DNA of 64,000 nucleotides from the human T2T-CHM13v2.0 reference genome, Homo sapiens. The notes beneath the pieces were generated by a model. That model did no database searches. It had not been told where the DNA came from and was given only the letters and a program-made list of their open reading frames with translations. The stretch lies in the NCBI RefSeq assembly GCF_009914755.1, contig NC_060937.1; one strand, written 5' to 3'. The position numbers and the translations under genes are program-made. Below, piece after piece: positions 36,925 to 48,746 of the stretch (the stretch's first letter is position 1; every line of letters begins with the position of its first letter).

Positions 36925-37976
36925 GAGGCCAGGGAGAAGGAGAAGCCACCCTGAGGAAGGTGCGGAATGTCGCGTGGAGCCCGGCTCTCTGCCTTTGAAG
37001 CAGGATTTTCATGCACTCGCCAGCATGGCTGGCTTTTCAGACTGGCCAGATTTAACTCGGGACCGTTGTATAGAGGATCAGGTTTGAGCCTGCCTTCCAA
37101 AGAAAGCAGAAGTCTCCAGAAACAAAGCCTCCCAGATCCAGCTTACAGGCTGATGGCTGTGAAGGAAGAATTTGAAGGGCAATTAAGTGTGCTGTGAAAC
37201 ATAGCAAGAAAGGCATTAATTCCTCACTCTCTTGCTCGTTAATCTACTTTTGTGCTGACTTTTCACTAGTACAGTTGGGGTGCCCTTGTCCACAGCGGCG
37301 TTTCTAGAGGGCTTCTAGGCATCATCCCCACAGATTTTCTAAGCGTCATATTTAGGTAGATGATATCATTTCAGAGCCTTTGATATCTTTGGGGATTTTT
37401 TTATTCAAATGAACTGAAGTGTTAGTTTTAAGGGCTTTTTCCATGCTGAAAATGCCTCTGTTTTTGGGTACCCACCCAACTTCCCCAGAAAGTCATCCAA
37501 ATAAAGTGAGACCCCATGGAAAGTAGGGAGGAAATGAGAGGGGGTGCGGGGTAGCGGTCAGAGAAGAGGAGGCTACGCACAGCACGGAAAGGGAAGGCAG
37601 CAGCCACATGGACCTGGGCCCACGGCTGGGCCCTGAAGCCTGCAGACCGTCGTCTCTTCCCCTTTCACTTTCTGGGTTTCATTTCACGTCCAGCAGATGG
37701 TGTGAAATTCCGGGTCATCGTAAATGGACAAAGAATATTTTTAAATACTCCAAGGAAAGCCATGGTTATGTTATTTTTTTCAGTGTTATTGGTCACCCTT
37801 TCTGGGAAGAATTCTCACTATAAACGTGTAAGTCTCACCGACACCGACAGCCCTGCGTGCCAATTCAGAGGTTCTTGTCTGGCGCCCTCACCCAAAGAAA
37901 TGTTACACTCTGCAGCTTAATTCCCATCCCAGCTTCGCCGACCACCTCCCGGTGGCGTCTCCATCTGTAACTTCCT

Positions 37977-38826
37977 TTCCCAGGCTGGACTGCGTCCCTC
38001 TAAAATCCACAGTTGAAGTCCGAGCCCAGGCAGCTCAGAATGAGGCTTCACAGTTCTTCCCTGGCACTCGAAGGAGACTGGTCCAAGGAACCCCTCAGGT
38101 GTAAACTCATGGATGCCCAAGGCCCTTGTATAGAATGGCATGGTTTTCCATATAACCTGTGCGCCTCCTCCTGTGTGCTTTAAATCAGCTCTGGAATACT
38201 TACAGTACCTAATACAGTGTACATGATGTGTCAATAGTTGTTGCTTTGTGTTAATTTTTTATCTGTATTATTTTTATTGTTGTTAGTATGTTCGATCTGC
38301 AGCTGGTTGAATCCATAAATGCAGAACCTGGGGATAAGGCGGGAAGTGTATTTGGGCATAGGATTGCTGCAGAGGTGATTCATGGAGATGCGGTCATAGT
38401 GGAGTAGGATGGGCCCTAATTCAATATAACTGGTGAATTCATACAAAGAGGAAATTGGACACAGAGGAGAAAACCATGTGATGTGGGAGGCAGAGGTTGC
38501 AGGGGTGCAGCTACGAGCCAGGGACCACCAGGGACAGCAGGCAGCTCCAGGAGCTGGGAGAGGCTGGGGTGGACACTTGGAGGCCCCACAGGAGCTGGGA
38601 GCTGGGGGAGGCTGGGGCAGACCCTCGGAGGAGCTGGGAGCTGGGGTAGGCTGGGGCAGACCCTCGGAGGAGCTGGGAGCTGGGAGAGACTGGGACAGAC
38701 CCTCGGAGGCCCCACAGGAGCGGGTCGTGCCCACACCCTGGTCTTGCACTTGGGGGACCTCCGGAGCTGGGAGAGAATCAAACGCTGCTGTGGAAGTCAC
38801 TCAGTTTGTTGTTACAGCACCTCCTA
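37977..38826 (+). mobile_element. MLT1C-like LTR with nested MER2 and internal ~39-bp tandem repeats (38545-38720)
   Basis: 5' piece 'aaaatccacagttgaagtcc...ctcagaatg' resumes after MER2 as 'tatttgggcataggattgctgcagaggtgatt...gggccctaattcaata'. Confidence 0.75.
38051..38348 (+). mobile_element. MER2 (TcMar-Tigger) DNA transposon
   Basis: 'catataacctgtgcgcctcctcctgtgtgctttaaatc...tacttacagtacctaatacagtgta...ggttgaatcc...atgcagaacc', followed by TA. Confidence 0.85.
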
Positions 38827-39566
38827 CATCTCCTTAATTTATTTAAATTTAGGCTCTGCTTCCTCTCCTCTAAAATGTGGTGGTTACTCACTATGGTTCC
38901 CCCTAATATAGAACATGGTGTAGGAGATCCAGTTTTGATATCATAAGCATTTACCTTTGGGTAAATTTCAGGGTCCAGAGTGCATATGGGTCGCGGGGGC
39001 GCAGGGCAGACAGACCCTAAAGTGGGGCTTTTAATGACTGCAAATTAGGGGCAGATTACACAGAAATGTCTAGAATAAGAATGGTAACTTGGGAGTGGTC
39101 CTGGTGTTGCCGTGGCGATGGTAAACTGACACGGGATGGGTGGGCACGTCCCGTGGAGAGGTGCTCTTGCCTCTTCCCTATTTCAGCCAGACCTCAGTCC
39201 AGTCCAGAGTCCGGGTCCCCACCTCTGGGGTCGAGTCCGGCCTCCTGCCTCTCCAAGGCCTGGCATTGCCACCTTCCACGGGCTCCCGGGGGCATCCCCT
39301 GTCTCGACTGTGCATGAGAATGGATGGCTCTGAGTGAGGGAGCCCATGGCAGCTTCTCCTTTCTTGTTTTAACTGAGCCAGTTGCTGAATGATGTACCCA
39401 GGAGGCCCTGGTCTGAGAACACAGGGACGCACTAAGCTGGCTCCAAAGAACGGCACGGGGAGAAGCAGTATCGGTGGGAAGACCCCAGAGCCGGGGCCCC
39501 TGCAGCGTCTGGAAGATGACTAAGAGGGAGCGTTGGAGATGAAGGAGACCTAGTGGGGTTCCTGTG

Positions 39567-40120
39567 GAAGGCAGGCAGGGTGCAGGTGGGGTGCAGGCAG
39601 GGGGCAGGCAGGGTGCAGGCAGGGGGCAGGCGGGGTGTGGGTGGGGTGCAGGTGAGGTGCAGGCAGGGGGCAGGTGAGGTGCAGGCGGGGTGCAGGCAGG
39701 GGCAGTTGGGATACAGTCAGGGGGCAGGCGGGGGACAGGCGGAGTGCAGGCAGTGGGCAGGCAGGGGGCAGGCGGGGTGCAGGCAGGGGGCAGGCAGGGT
39801 GCAGGCAGGGGGCAGGTGGGGTGCAGGCATGGGGCAGGTGGGGTGCAGGCAGGGGGCAGGCGGGGTGCAGGCAGGGGGCAGGTGGGGTGCAGGCAGGGGG
39901 CAGGCGGGGTGCAGGCAGGGGGCAGGTGGGGTGCAGGCAGGGGGCAGGCGGGGTGCAGGCAGGGGGCAGGTGGGGTGCAGGCATGGGGCAGATGGGGTGC
40001 AGGCAGTAGGCAGGTGGGGTGCAGGCAGGGGGCAGGTGGGGTGCAGGCAGGGGGTGGTTAGGGTGCAGTCAGGGGCAGGCGGGGAGCAGTTGGGGTGCAG
40101 TCAGGGGGCAGGCGGGGTGC
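39567..40120. repeat. G-rich 11/22-bp minisatellite (GCAGGCAGGGG GCAGG(T/C)GGGGT)n
   Basis: Read directly. Regularly spaced G4-G5 runs. Confidence 0.95.
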
Positions 40121-40669
40121 TGATATCACCGGGAATGGTGGAGGCAGAGGAGGCCCAGGAGACATCTCAGACATCGAGGGTGGAGTCCTTGCTAAACTGA
40201 CTTTGCAGGGATTTTTGGCAAAACTGGATTTTACAAGGAAGCGCACGGATGGCCTAGGAGAAGGTCTAGGAGCCTGGCCACTGCTTACTCATGCAGAGAC
40301 AGTCAGGGCCACGCCTCGATGAGTTCTCCAGCTGGGCTTGACATTGTGCTAAATTCCTAGCAGTGCCACGGCTGGTGATTAGTTACTTGATAAGGAAGAA
40401 AGTGATGCTACTAGCTCGGTTCCTGTTGCTTACAGTGGGTGATCTGGGCAGGTTCTTGGGCGCCTGAGGTGGGCAGTGGTGGGCGTGAGCCTGTGGGGTT
40501 GAGTGCAGGGACCCCCAGTGTACACAGAGGCACCACGCAGACAGCACGCCTGGGCATGGGTGTGAGGCAGAGATATTTACGCCGTGTGAGAGTCTAGAGT
40601 CAGAAACGCTGGTTGAAATAAAAGCCTTGCATCCCAGACCAGCACTCGGACAGGATGACCCTCAACAAG

Positions 40670-41890
40670 TGTCTTTAATGTTTATTACAGAAAAAGCAGG
40701 CGTGACCAAAAGTAGAGAGAAAAGTACAAAAAAATTCACGCATACTCATCACCCAGCGTCATAATTACCATCTTATAGCCGCCTCCTTCGACTCTACTCC
40801 TACCTAATTCTGCTCCAAAGCCTCCTGTGTTATTTTAATAAAATCTCACACAGTATTGTTTCATCCATCAACGTTATGGTACGCATCTCTAAAAGTAAAA
40901 CACTCATTCACACACACACACAGAGAACCTCGGAGATGTAGTACCTACACTACCACCAACAATATGATCACTTAAAGACACTGTTTAAGATTCTGTTGCA
41001 GTTCTTTTTGTCCTTAGAATGTATCCCAGTAGGGATGCCACAGTTAAATTACTGACTGTTAAAGTCACTGGAAAAGGCCTTCTCTCTGTGTGTGGTGGTG
41101 ACTAACTCAATACATACACATGCTCATCTGTTTCATTTTGCTTTTGATTTTTAGGACTTTTAAAACTTAATCATGTTTGATAATTATGCACAATCTTTAC
41201 ATAGTTCCAAGGTCAAATAATGGATTTGGTTTTTGATTTAAGGAGGCGCGGCTGGGCTCGCAGGCTGTGTCCCTGCTGGCCTGAGAATGAGTGGGGCCTC
41301 CGGAAACCTCGCCCCTTCCCAGCACTGTCTACACAGCAGGGTGTTCTGAGAGAAGTCCAGCCTCTGCTTTCGACCTCTCTACCCTATTTCCACCACCCCC
41401 TGTAAGTAATCACCTTGAAATTCTACGTTATGGTTTAATTCTTTCACTGGGTTTTTAGTATAAAACAAATATATCTGCATTGGTCTGCGTAGCTGCCTCC
41501 CCTCTCGTGTAAATGGCAGCAGATTGGGCATCCTCCGCTGTGTCCAATGTGTGAATAAATACAGCATCTTCACACATCCCCTCCTGATGGATATGAGGGT
41601 GGTTTACAGGTGTGGGTTCTTTGTTTTGGCTTTTTGTTCTGCTTTTAGTGTTTTGCTGTTACAGATAGTGTGACAAATAAGCCATGCCTATGGCACTTTT
41701 ATTTTTGCCAGTCTATCTTCGAAACAGATTCTTAGAAACAGGGCATGGGATTTTCCAAGAACCTGCCTCATTCACTCCACAGTGGTTGTGCCATTTCGCC
41801 ATAAGCAATGTGTGAGCAAACAGAATATGTTTCATGTGTTTAAATTTGTATCTGATAGATGAAAAATGAGATCTTGGTATGGTTTCATCA
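40670..41890 (-). mobile_element. Old L1M 3' fragments (discontinuous)
   Basis: 'ctcctgatggatatgagggtggtttacag', 'ttttgctgttacagatagtg' and 'ccacagtggttgtgccattt' are typical of the antisense L1M 3' region. Confidence 0.6.
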
Positions 41891-42231
41891 AATATTTGTT
41901 AAATAAATGTTCATTAAACGTTTCCAAAGAATGGAACAGGGTCTCCAGGCTGCTGAGCAATGGTCTAGTCTAGAGGCCAGAAGTCAAATTGAACTTGCAC
42001 AAAAAAGGGAAGTTTAATATACACGATGGCTACTTGAATCAATGAATGAGTGAATGCTTCAGTGACTGAATGGGTGTTGCAACAAAAATCAGTGAGGGCC
42101 ACGGTGTGTTGGCTGCAGATCCAATGAGCCGGCATTCACTCTCAGAGTCTGGGAGGGCCCGGGGAATGCCATCAGCACTATGGCCCAGGCAGACCACCTG
42201 TGCACACCACTGCGCTCCAGCCCTCTTCTTC

Positions 42232-42590
42232 TTTAAGCTCTATTTTATTTTTAATTGACACATAATCATTGTACTTATTTATGGGGTACAGTGTGATGCT
42301 TCAATCCATGCAAACGTTGTGTAATGATCAGTCAGGATAATTAGCTTATGCATCATCTCAAACATTTATTATATCTTTGTGGCGTGAATATCCAAAATCC
42401 TCTCTTCTAGTTATTTTGAAACGTACAACACAATATTATTAACTATAGTCACCCTACCATGCAACAGATGAATGAACAAAAAACATGTGGTCTGTATACC
42501 CAGTGGAATACTATTCAGCCATAAAAAAGGATGAAATCCTATTTTTTTGCAACATAGATATAACTGGTGGACATTGAGTTAAGTGACACA
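42232..42590 (-). mobile_element. L1MA-type 3' end with 5' inversion
   Basis: 42232-42462 is the antisense 3' end ('aattgacacataatcattgtacttatttatggggtacagtgtgatg'). 42462-42590 is a sense upstream piece ('acagatgaatg...tggaatactattcagccataaaaaagg'). Confidence 0.85.
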
Positions 42591-43446
42591 ATCCCCCTTT
42601 TTAATCATGATTTTCAGTTGCATTTCTATAATGGTTAACGGACAGCTAATTCGTGCCAGTCACTGGGGATCTACCTGCTCTGACTTTTGAATTAATAGGA
42701 AGTTTTCTGAAAATCATTCTTTTTATATTGAGCTGATTAGAGGAGTCTTGGTTTAAAAAACTTAAGGGAATGGTGTGAGGCTTTGACTATATTTGCCCCC
42801 CTATTTGCTTTAGGGAAAGGAACCTGGATTAGGTGGGTCCTTGGGAAATTTTCATACCTGAGATTCCAATTTGACAGGTGCCGGTGATTAGGCAGCGGTT
42901 TCCTTGTTAGAAGCAACTTTGAAGGACGGACACTGGATCCTGAAACGTTTTCCCCTGTGGCTGCACGACTCACCTCCCACAGCACCTGCAGCCATGTCCA
43001 CCTGGCACCTGCTCCATTCCAGGGTGGGAGCAGGGCAGCAGGAGGTCAAGTCTGAGAATCACTTTACCCAGCAACACATCTTTAGCCAGGGGAGAAATGC
43101 AGAGAAAACAGCCGGTCAGGTCCATGACCATTCGCAGGTGAATGTCTGTAGCTTTGAGTGCTCCCTGGCACGGAGGCACCCTCAACACCAGCCAGCGACC
43201 TCTTTCACAGCACCACACTCATGTGGATTCAGGGGAAACAGAAGGTGCTGTTATTTTGCTGCTTGAGAAGGGCTGACGTTTTCCTTCCAATCATTAGCCC
43301 TTCCTGGATAGCACAAGGGAAATGTGCCCACACATCCCTCAACAGCAGTGTGCGATGTGTGTAAATATAATAGCATTAACTGGAATTTGATCTCAAATGA
43401 ATGACGCCATCAAGGTTGACATAAGGCGCTCCTGCCTCATGTCAGT

Positions 43447-43464
43447 CACTGCCCCCTGCAGGTG
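43447..43464 (-). promoter_or_regulatory. Candidate CTCF site
   Basis: The minus strand reads ACACCTGCAGGGGGCAGTG, close to the CCAGCAGGGGGCRG core. Confidence 0.5.
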
Positions 43465-44384
43465 TGGGGCACCTGCCAACAATGACCTCAGTCCTGCCGG
43501 GCCCTGCGGCTGCCACCACCCACTGTGTCTGATGGGAATGTCCTAGACGGAGCCTCCCTCATGGCACATCATCCATTGCCTCGCCCCACATGTGCCACAG
43601 ACTGCATTCGGCCCCAAAGACCACAGAGCAGGACGAAAGACCGCCGCTCCTGCCTTCCTTGCCTGGCCACAGCCAGCCAGGGGCTTCAGGGCCACTGCGA
43701 TGGCGGGGCTGGGTTCCATCAGGCTCTCCTCGCAGGCCCTGCCATTGCTTTCTCCATGCCTCCTTTCCCCGTGCAGACGAGGGCGAGGTGGGGTCCAGGC
43801 TCATGCCCTGCGTGCGCCCACACTGTCACATTCTGGATGCAACCTCCGCACTTCCGCGGGGTATTTCTGAGCTCCCATGAAAAGATGGGCACAGGTGTGC
43901 CTTCCTTAGCTCCACAGGGAGATGGGCCCATGGGCTCACGGACTCAGTGGCAGAGCTGGGACTTAGCCCTGGTGGGCTGACTCAGGCACCTGTGGTCTGA
44001 GCTCCTTCCCCAAATACACACCTGATCCAAACATGTAGACATATAACCCCAGTCCTCACCTTCACCAGCACTCCGTTTAAACCCCTCTGTGCAGAAGATT
44101 CTCCAATGTCCACAGAGTTTAACTTAATTGCATTGTTCCTGAGTCAGCTGCACAAATAAAGTAAAAGATAAAATCAAGTTCTGCAGAGCTGAGGCCTGTA
44201 GGAGGCCATCAGAGAGCCCAGAAACAGGACCAAGGGCACTGTGCACAGAGCTCAAAGGAACTGTTTCACTCAATTACCAATGGGGGTTTCAGATACCTGA
44301 GATACACACTTACCTCTCCATTACATACAGCTGTCTTTTGGCCTGCCCAGTGTTCCAGCAGATCCTGAAGGAGAGGAAGGAAGG

Positions 44385-45265
44385 GAAAGGCGAAGGCTGG
44401 AGGGGAGGAGGGGGATGGTGAGGGCTGGAGGGGAGGAGGGGGATGGTGAGGGCTGGAGGAGGGAGAGAGATGGTGAGGGCTGGAGGAGGGAGAGAGATGG
44501 TGAGAGCTGGAGGGGAGGAGGGAGATGGTGAGGGCTGGAAGGGAGGAGGGAGATGGGGAGACCTGGAGGGGAGGAGGGAGATGGTGAGAACTGGGGGCGG
44601 GGAGAGAGATGGTGAGGGCTGGAGGGGAGGAGGGACATGGGAAGAGATGAAGAGAGGAGGGAGATGGGGAGGCCTGGAGGGGAGGAGGGAGATGGGGAGG
44701 GCTGGAGGAGAGGTGGGTTATGGTGAGGGCTGGAGGGGCGAAGGGAGATGGTCAGGGCTGGAGAGGAGGGAGATGGAGAGGGCTGAAGGGGGGAGGGAGG
44801 GAGATGGTCAGGGCTGGAGAGGAGGGAGATGGAGAGGGCTGAAGGGGGGAGGGAGGGAGATGGTCAGGGCTGGAGAGGAGGGAGATGGAGAGGGCTGAAG
44901 GGGGGAGGGAGGGAGATGGTCAGGGCTGGAGAGGAGGGAGATGGAGAGGGCTGAAGGGGGGAGGGAGGGAGATGGTCAGGGCTGGAGAGGAGGGAGATGG
45001 AGAGGGCTGAAGGGGGGAGGGAGGGAGATGGTCAGGGCTGGAGAGGAGGGAAGTGGGGGGGACTGGAGGAGGGAGGGAGATGGGGAGGGCTGGAGGGGAG
45101 AAGGGAGATGGTGAGGGCTGGAGTGGGGAGGGAGATGGGGAGGGCTGGAAGGGAGGAGGGAGGGAGATGGTCAGGGTTGGAGAGGAGGAAAATGGAGAGA
45201 GCTGAAGGGGGGCAGGGAGGGAGATGGTGAGGGCTGGAGTGGGGAGGGAGATGGAGAGGGCTGAG
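44385..45265. repeat. Purine-rich minisatellite (GGAGATGG..AGGGCTGGAG) with a homogeneous 56-bp core x~5.5 (44743-45050)
   Basis: GATGGTCA recurs at 44747, 44803 and 44859 and onward. Confidence 0.95.
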
Positions 45266-47239
45266 CAGGAAGCACTGAGCTGTGCTCCTCTCCTGCCTTC
45301 TCTGTACCTTGCTGGGTGTCTGACTGTGGAGTCTCAAGGCACCCTAGCTCTTCTCTGGTGGGGCTGATTTTTCCATCCCCGTTTTGTGAATAGGGAAACA
45401 CCAGTGACCAGTGTCAGGTGGGCCTTGTTCCTTTCAGGAGCGGGAGAAAAAGAGCTCCTTACCCATGTGTCATTTCTCCTATTGCAATGTTCAAAGAAAA
45501 AAAGGCATGTTCTCATCTCCACCGCCACCAGAACCCATTAACAGGTCCGTTCTGGTTGATTTCTGGAGTCTGGCTTCCAATGCCATTGTTTTTCACTCTT
45601 ATTTCAAGTACATGCAGTTTTTGAGAGGCGGGGCTGATGAAGTCAACATTCAAATCTGTACAAATCTCCCAGTTTCCAGGTTATCTGCAGAGAAAAACCG
45701 AGTGGCACGCCAGCGGGATCCTTGGAATGGCAGCGGATCCCCTGCACGGGTACATCCACTGCTTGCTGTCAGGAGCCGAGGTCCGGGTGCTCCAGGGCCT
45801 GCAGGCCCTTCGGAGCAGGAATCTGACTCCCTCCTGGGGTCTCAAGGACGCCTTGGCCGGGCGATGGGCCTCCCCCACGCATTGTGTCCAGGAGGTTCTG
45901 TTCAGAGCGTGTGCTTCGAAGCTCACGCTGAGGCTAAGGTGATGAATCCGCTTATTTCTAGGGCCCTGCTGGGGGAGAACGAGGCCCCTTCCCGGGTGTC
46001 AGGGAATGCAAGCCTTCACAGCTGACACCACAGTGCCTTCGAGATGGAATCAGCGTCCCAGTGTGGGTGCCCAGGGGATTGTGGGCCGGGGGATGAGGGA
46101 GTGGAGGACCCCAGGACCTGGAGGAACCGTTCTCAGCTGGGTCCTGAAGTCTCTGCAGAGTTGGTCAGGTGGAGGACAGGATTCCAGGTGGAAGAGGATG
46201 GTACAAGCCGAGGCAACGGGCTGAGAAAACACATGGCGTGAAAGGAGCAGGAGACATTTCTGGAAAGAGAAAATGCAAGCAGGGAAGTTCCTGCTGAACC
46301 CACGGCCTCGCTGGCCGCACTGAGAGCGTCTGGTCCACAGTGGCAGGAGAGACAAACGATTGTAGGAGAAAAATCTGGGTTTTTTTAATTGTGTTATTTT
46401 TTTACATTAAAATTACTGGGAGAGAAAAGTAATGGATATCCTTTAAAATATTGGGAAAAATACAGAAAAGTACATAAAGAAAGTTACTCATGCTTATGTC
46501 ACTTTTGAGCTCCCTCAAGTCCCCAGGCATTAGACGGGGAAGAGGAGGGGCGAGGCCACAGAGCAGGGAGAGCATTGAAAATACCCACAATGAGGGTGCA
46601 CGACCAACCATTGACCTATGGGCCCTTGTCAGAGCTTCGCCTCCTGAAGCTAATTGTTCATCCAAGTGATTCTGTCAAAATTATATGCTGTTAGCAAATA
46701 AAAATGATTCATAAACATGTATGAGCACCCCAAATCCTGCACTTTCTACTAAGAAACAAGTCCGGCCAATTCTCTCTCTACTTCTGACATGGTGAGAGGT
46801 GTCAGAAAGTGACGGGGTGAGTTTGACATTAGAAATGGAGGGCAAATAGGAGAAGAACTGACAAACTGGAGGTGCCCCTTCTTTCTCTGGTCATTGGCCC
46901 GTGCACGGAGCTTAGCCCTGAGAAAAGACTGATCCCCAGTGATTTTCCTTTCGTGTCTTCACTAACAACACGGAGACTATTCATGAGATTAGACTGCTGT
47001 CAGAGCAAACTGGCATGTTCAGTATCTGCGAATTCTCAGAGAATAGATACTAAGTGTAATGCATCATTTTCATTTCTCTGGAAAATAAAGATATTAGCAA
47101 AGAATGACCTGGTGCATGCAGCTGCAGTTTCTCCACTCCAGCAAGTGTGAGTGAGTGTGCTGCTCCCGACCTGCTCCAAGAGGGAAAGCTGAGCTGGAGA
47201 CCCCGGCAGGTCATAGAGGGTTTCCTATCAGGGTGTCTT

Positions 47240-47625
47240 GCACACGTGTGTTTGCAGGTGTGCACACATGTGTACACACATGTGCTGATATGCGTGCAAG
47301 TGCGTGTTTGCATGTGTGCACATGTGGGTGCATGTGTGTGTTGGTATTCATGCACTTGTTTGTGTCTGAATGTGTGCATGTGTGTGCATGTGTGTTGATA
47401 TGCATGCACATGTGTGTTTGTGTGTGTTTGCATGTGTGCACGTGTGGGTGCATGTGTGTTGGTATGCATGTGTTTGTGTCTGCACGTGTGCAAGTGTGTG
47501 TGCATGTGTGTGTTGCTATGCATGCATATATGTGTTTGTGTGTTTGCATGTGTGCACGTGTGGTGCAGGTGTGTTGCTATGCATGCACGTGCATGTTAGT
47601 GTGTGTTTGCACATATGCATGGGTA
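47240..47625. repeat. Degenerate (TG)/(CATG)-rich tract
   Basis: tgcatgtgtgcacatgtg... Confidence 0.9.
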
Positions 47626-48577
47626 TCTGGGGCTCCCTGACAATATGAGGAAAATTGATGAATTTTTCTGGAAAATACTAATTACCACGGTAACCACCGT
47701 GGTCCGCACACTGTGGAAAGCTGAGATGCCAGGACTTTTTTGTGACTGTCATAAATCTTGTCAGTCAGCGCTTCATCTGATTAGGGTGACATTCACACAG
47801 CCTCCACGAAGTGGTTAAAAATTGCTATTTCCAGTCACTTAGTTGACTATTTCTCAATAGTCAACGCCACAAGTCAAATTCACGTCTCCACGTTTGACCA
47901 AAACATGTAGAATTTGAACTTTGAGAATAAAAAATGAAATCATATGCAAAATATATATTTCAGGGGTGGGATAGAGCCATTTTAGGCATTGAAAACTGCC
48001 TGAATCTATAGAACAGCATATAAAACAACTTACTAAATAGAACATAAATAACAAAGAACAATAACCTATCATTTTGTAAAATCGCAGATCTTCTTCACCA
48101 GTTTCCTTCTCTTGGCAGCAGAACAACACAAAGTTCAGAGGCCCTCCTCTGCCAGTGGTGTGGGCAAACCCCTCAACCCATTCAGGGCAACCCCATAGCA
48201 GCACTGTCTTCTCCCACCAAAAGTGGATTCCTTTTCACCCTGCTGGGTCCCTGTTTCTCCGTTTAAAATTTACAGAACCCTCTGTTAATTGAACTAGTTG
48301 CCAAAGAGAAGCAAAGTGCTCGTTCTGGAGCAAACGCCTCATGGGACATGGATGTTGCCAGCCAGGCCCTGGCACCTCCATCATCTTCACAGACAGCGGA
48401 GCAGGAGAAAGTCCTTTCCCGAGAGGCACCAAGTTCACTTCATGTTCCCAAGGACGACTGCTCAGAGAGTGGCCACATGGAGCCAGAATAAGAAAATGTG
48501 GAAAGTCTTTTGTATGACTTGAAAGAGAAACTGTCACCCAAACTGGAAAAGTTAAAAATAAGAAGGATAAAGGATGA

Positions 48578-48677
48578 TAGAAAGAAAAAAGAGAGAGGAG
48601 AGGAGAGGAAGGAAGGAAGGGAGGGAGGGAGAGAGGGAAAGAGAAGAAAGAAAGAAAGAGAGAGAGAGAGAAAGAAA

Positions 48678-48733
<56 letters not shown>

Positions 48734-48746
48734 CAAAAAGAAAGAA
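48578..48746. repeat. Polypurine tract with (GAAA)n tetranucleotide STR
   Basis: More than 10 uninterrupted GAAA units at ~48680-48732. Confidence 0.95.

Noticed and set aside
33503-47625. Possible inverted duplication between the CA-rich (33503-33875) and TG-rich (47240-47625) tracts
   Set aside because: Similarity is compositional only. There are no colinear unique flanks, so convergent low-complexity expansion is more likely. The Cys/Val/His-rich ORFs there are artefacts.
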